From Patescibacteria group bacterium (GTDB lineage: Bacteria > Patescibacteriota > Patescibacteriia > JACQRZ01): DNA of 64,000 nt. The notes below the pieces were generated by a model that was not told the DNA's origin, searched no databases, and saw only the letters and a list, made by a program, of their open reading frames with translations. Shown here piece by piece: positions 63,360-64,000 of the stretch (position 1 is the first letter of the stretch; every line of letters begins with the position of its first letter). The stretch is from assembly GCA_038065255.1 (NCBI GenBank), contig JBBTRI010000006.1, forward strand, positions 73,240 through 137,239. Reading direction: 5' to 3'. Both the position numbers and the translations under genes were made by a program.

Positions 63360-64000
63360 CTAAGTTCCACTCTGTAATGCGTAGAGCTGACCTAAATGAG
63401 AGTCCTTATTTTTAATCAAATTATTAAACGTACCCTCCTCAATTATACCCCCTTTTTCAAAAACTATCACCCGATCAGTATCTTTGAGGGTGGAAATGCG
63501 ATGAGCAACAATAATAAATGTTTTTTTATGGCCGAATGTAGAGAATAATTTATCCATAATTTTCTTTTCAGTTCTACTATCTAAAGAAGATGTTGCTTCA
63601 TCGAGAAGTAGTATTGGAGAATTTTTGCAAATTGCACGCGCGATGCCAAGTCTTTGCCTTTCACCGCCAGAGAGCGAATATCCCTTTTCGCCTGTCAAAG
63701 TGTCTAATCCCTCTGGTAATGTACTTATCATTTCCTGTAAACATGCCATATCTACTGCCGTGTTCAATAGCTCCGAATCTACCTCTCGCATAAGTGTGAT
63801 GTTCTCCCTTATGCTTAAATTAAATAACTCCGTCTCTTGCAGAACTATCGATATATTTTTTGTTATTTCTTCGTGGGCAATAGAGTAATAGTTTTTCTCG
63901 CCAACTTTAAATTCTCCATATTCTAATTCATATAGTCCCAAGAGAATTTTAACTAGTGTAGATTTGCCGCTACCGGATGATCCTGCTATCCCAAGTCTTT
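63360..64000 (-). CDS. ABC transporter ATP-binding domain (partial; N-terminal part beyond window end)
   Basis: Reverse-complement of 63942-64000 continues the frame through Walker A GSSGSGKST; signature LSGGERQR, Walker B ILLLDEATSSLD, H-loop IVAHR within 63360-63941. Confidence 0.85.
   Translation of the reverse strand, partial: RLGIAGSSGSGKSTLVKILLGLYELEYGEFKVGEKNYYSIAHEEITKNISIVLQETELFNLSIRENITLMREVDSELLNTAVDMACLQEMISTLPEGLDTLTGEKGYSLSGGERQRLGIARAICKNSPILLLDEATSSLDSRTEKKIMDKLFSTFGHKKTFIIVAHRISTLKDTDRVIVFEKGGIIEEGTFNNLIKNKDSHLGQLYALQSGT

Noticed and set aside
1-64000. CRISPR arrays, rRNA, tRNA, transposase/integrase genes
   Set aside because: No regularly spaced direct repeats, no rRNA/tRNA-like conserved blocks, and no recombinase motifs were seen on either strand

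Overview
This 64 kb window is gene-dense and almost entirely + strand. I annotated about 53 protein-coding genes and found no rRNA, tRNA, CRISPR array or obvious mobile element. The gene content (small, often overlapping genes, many transcription units with their own terminator, phenylalanyl/seryl/arginyl-tRNA synthetases, PilT, a 4823-aa surface protein, little biosynthesis) suggests a reduced-genome, possibly episymbiotic bacterium such as CPR/Patescibacteria. That assignment is inference only.

Confident calls:
- DNA polymerase X with PHP domain
- RelE/ParE toxin with RHH antitoxin
- ECF sigma factor
- RmlC and RmlD (dTDP-rhamnose genes)
- CorA
- NUDIX and MazG hydrolases
- MGMT-domain protein
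- HtrA-like serine protease
- RsmE and a SpoU-class methyltransferase
- class II glutamine amidotransferase
- DUF192 and DUF167 proteins
- PilT
- PheS, PheT, SerS, ArgS
- partial ABC ATPase at the 3' edge

The most unusual content is:
- a 14.5 kb gene for a giant repeat-rich surface protein with a C-terminal peptidoglycan-binding domain, followed by a secreted Gln/Gly-rich protein and an orphan pilT;
- two tandem paralogous HD-domain phosphohydrolases (~530 aa each) whose promoters and 5' leaders were duplicated with them;
- a putative thymidylate-related operon (a 590-aa protein with weak ThyX-like motifs, a ParB/Srx-like protein, and a thymidylate-kinase-like/HAD fusion);
- two tandem guanylate-kinase-like paralogs next to a stand-alone PEP-utilising swivel-domain protein;
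- a MutY/Nth-lineage glycosylase lacking the Fe-S cysteines;
- several candidate structured or small-ORF RNA regions (22.46-22.98 kb, 15.40-15.66 kb, 60.47-60.64 kb).

Several ORF-track starts are TTG/GTG or run through upstream terminators; I trimmed those to downstream ATGs. Hand-indexed coordinates may be off by a few nt.
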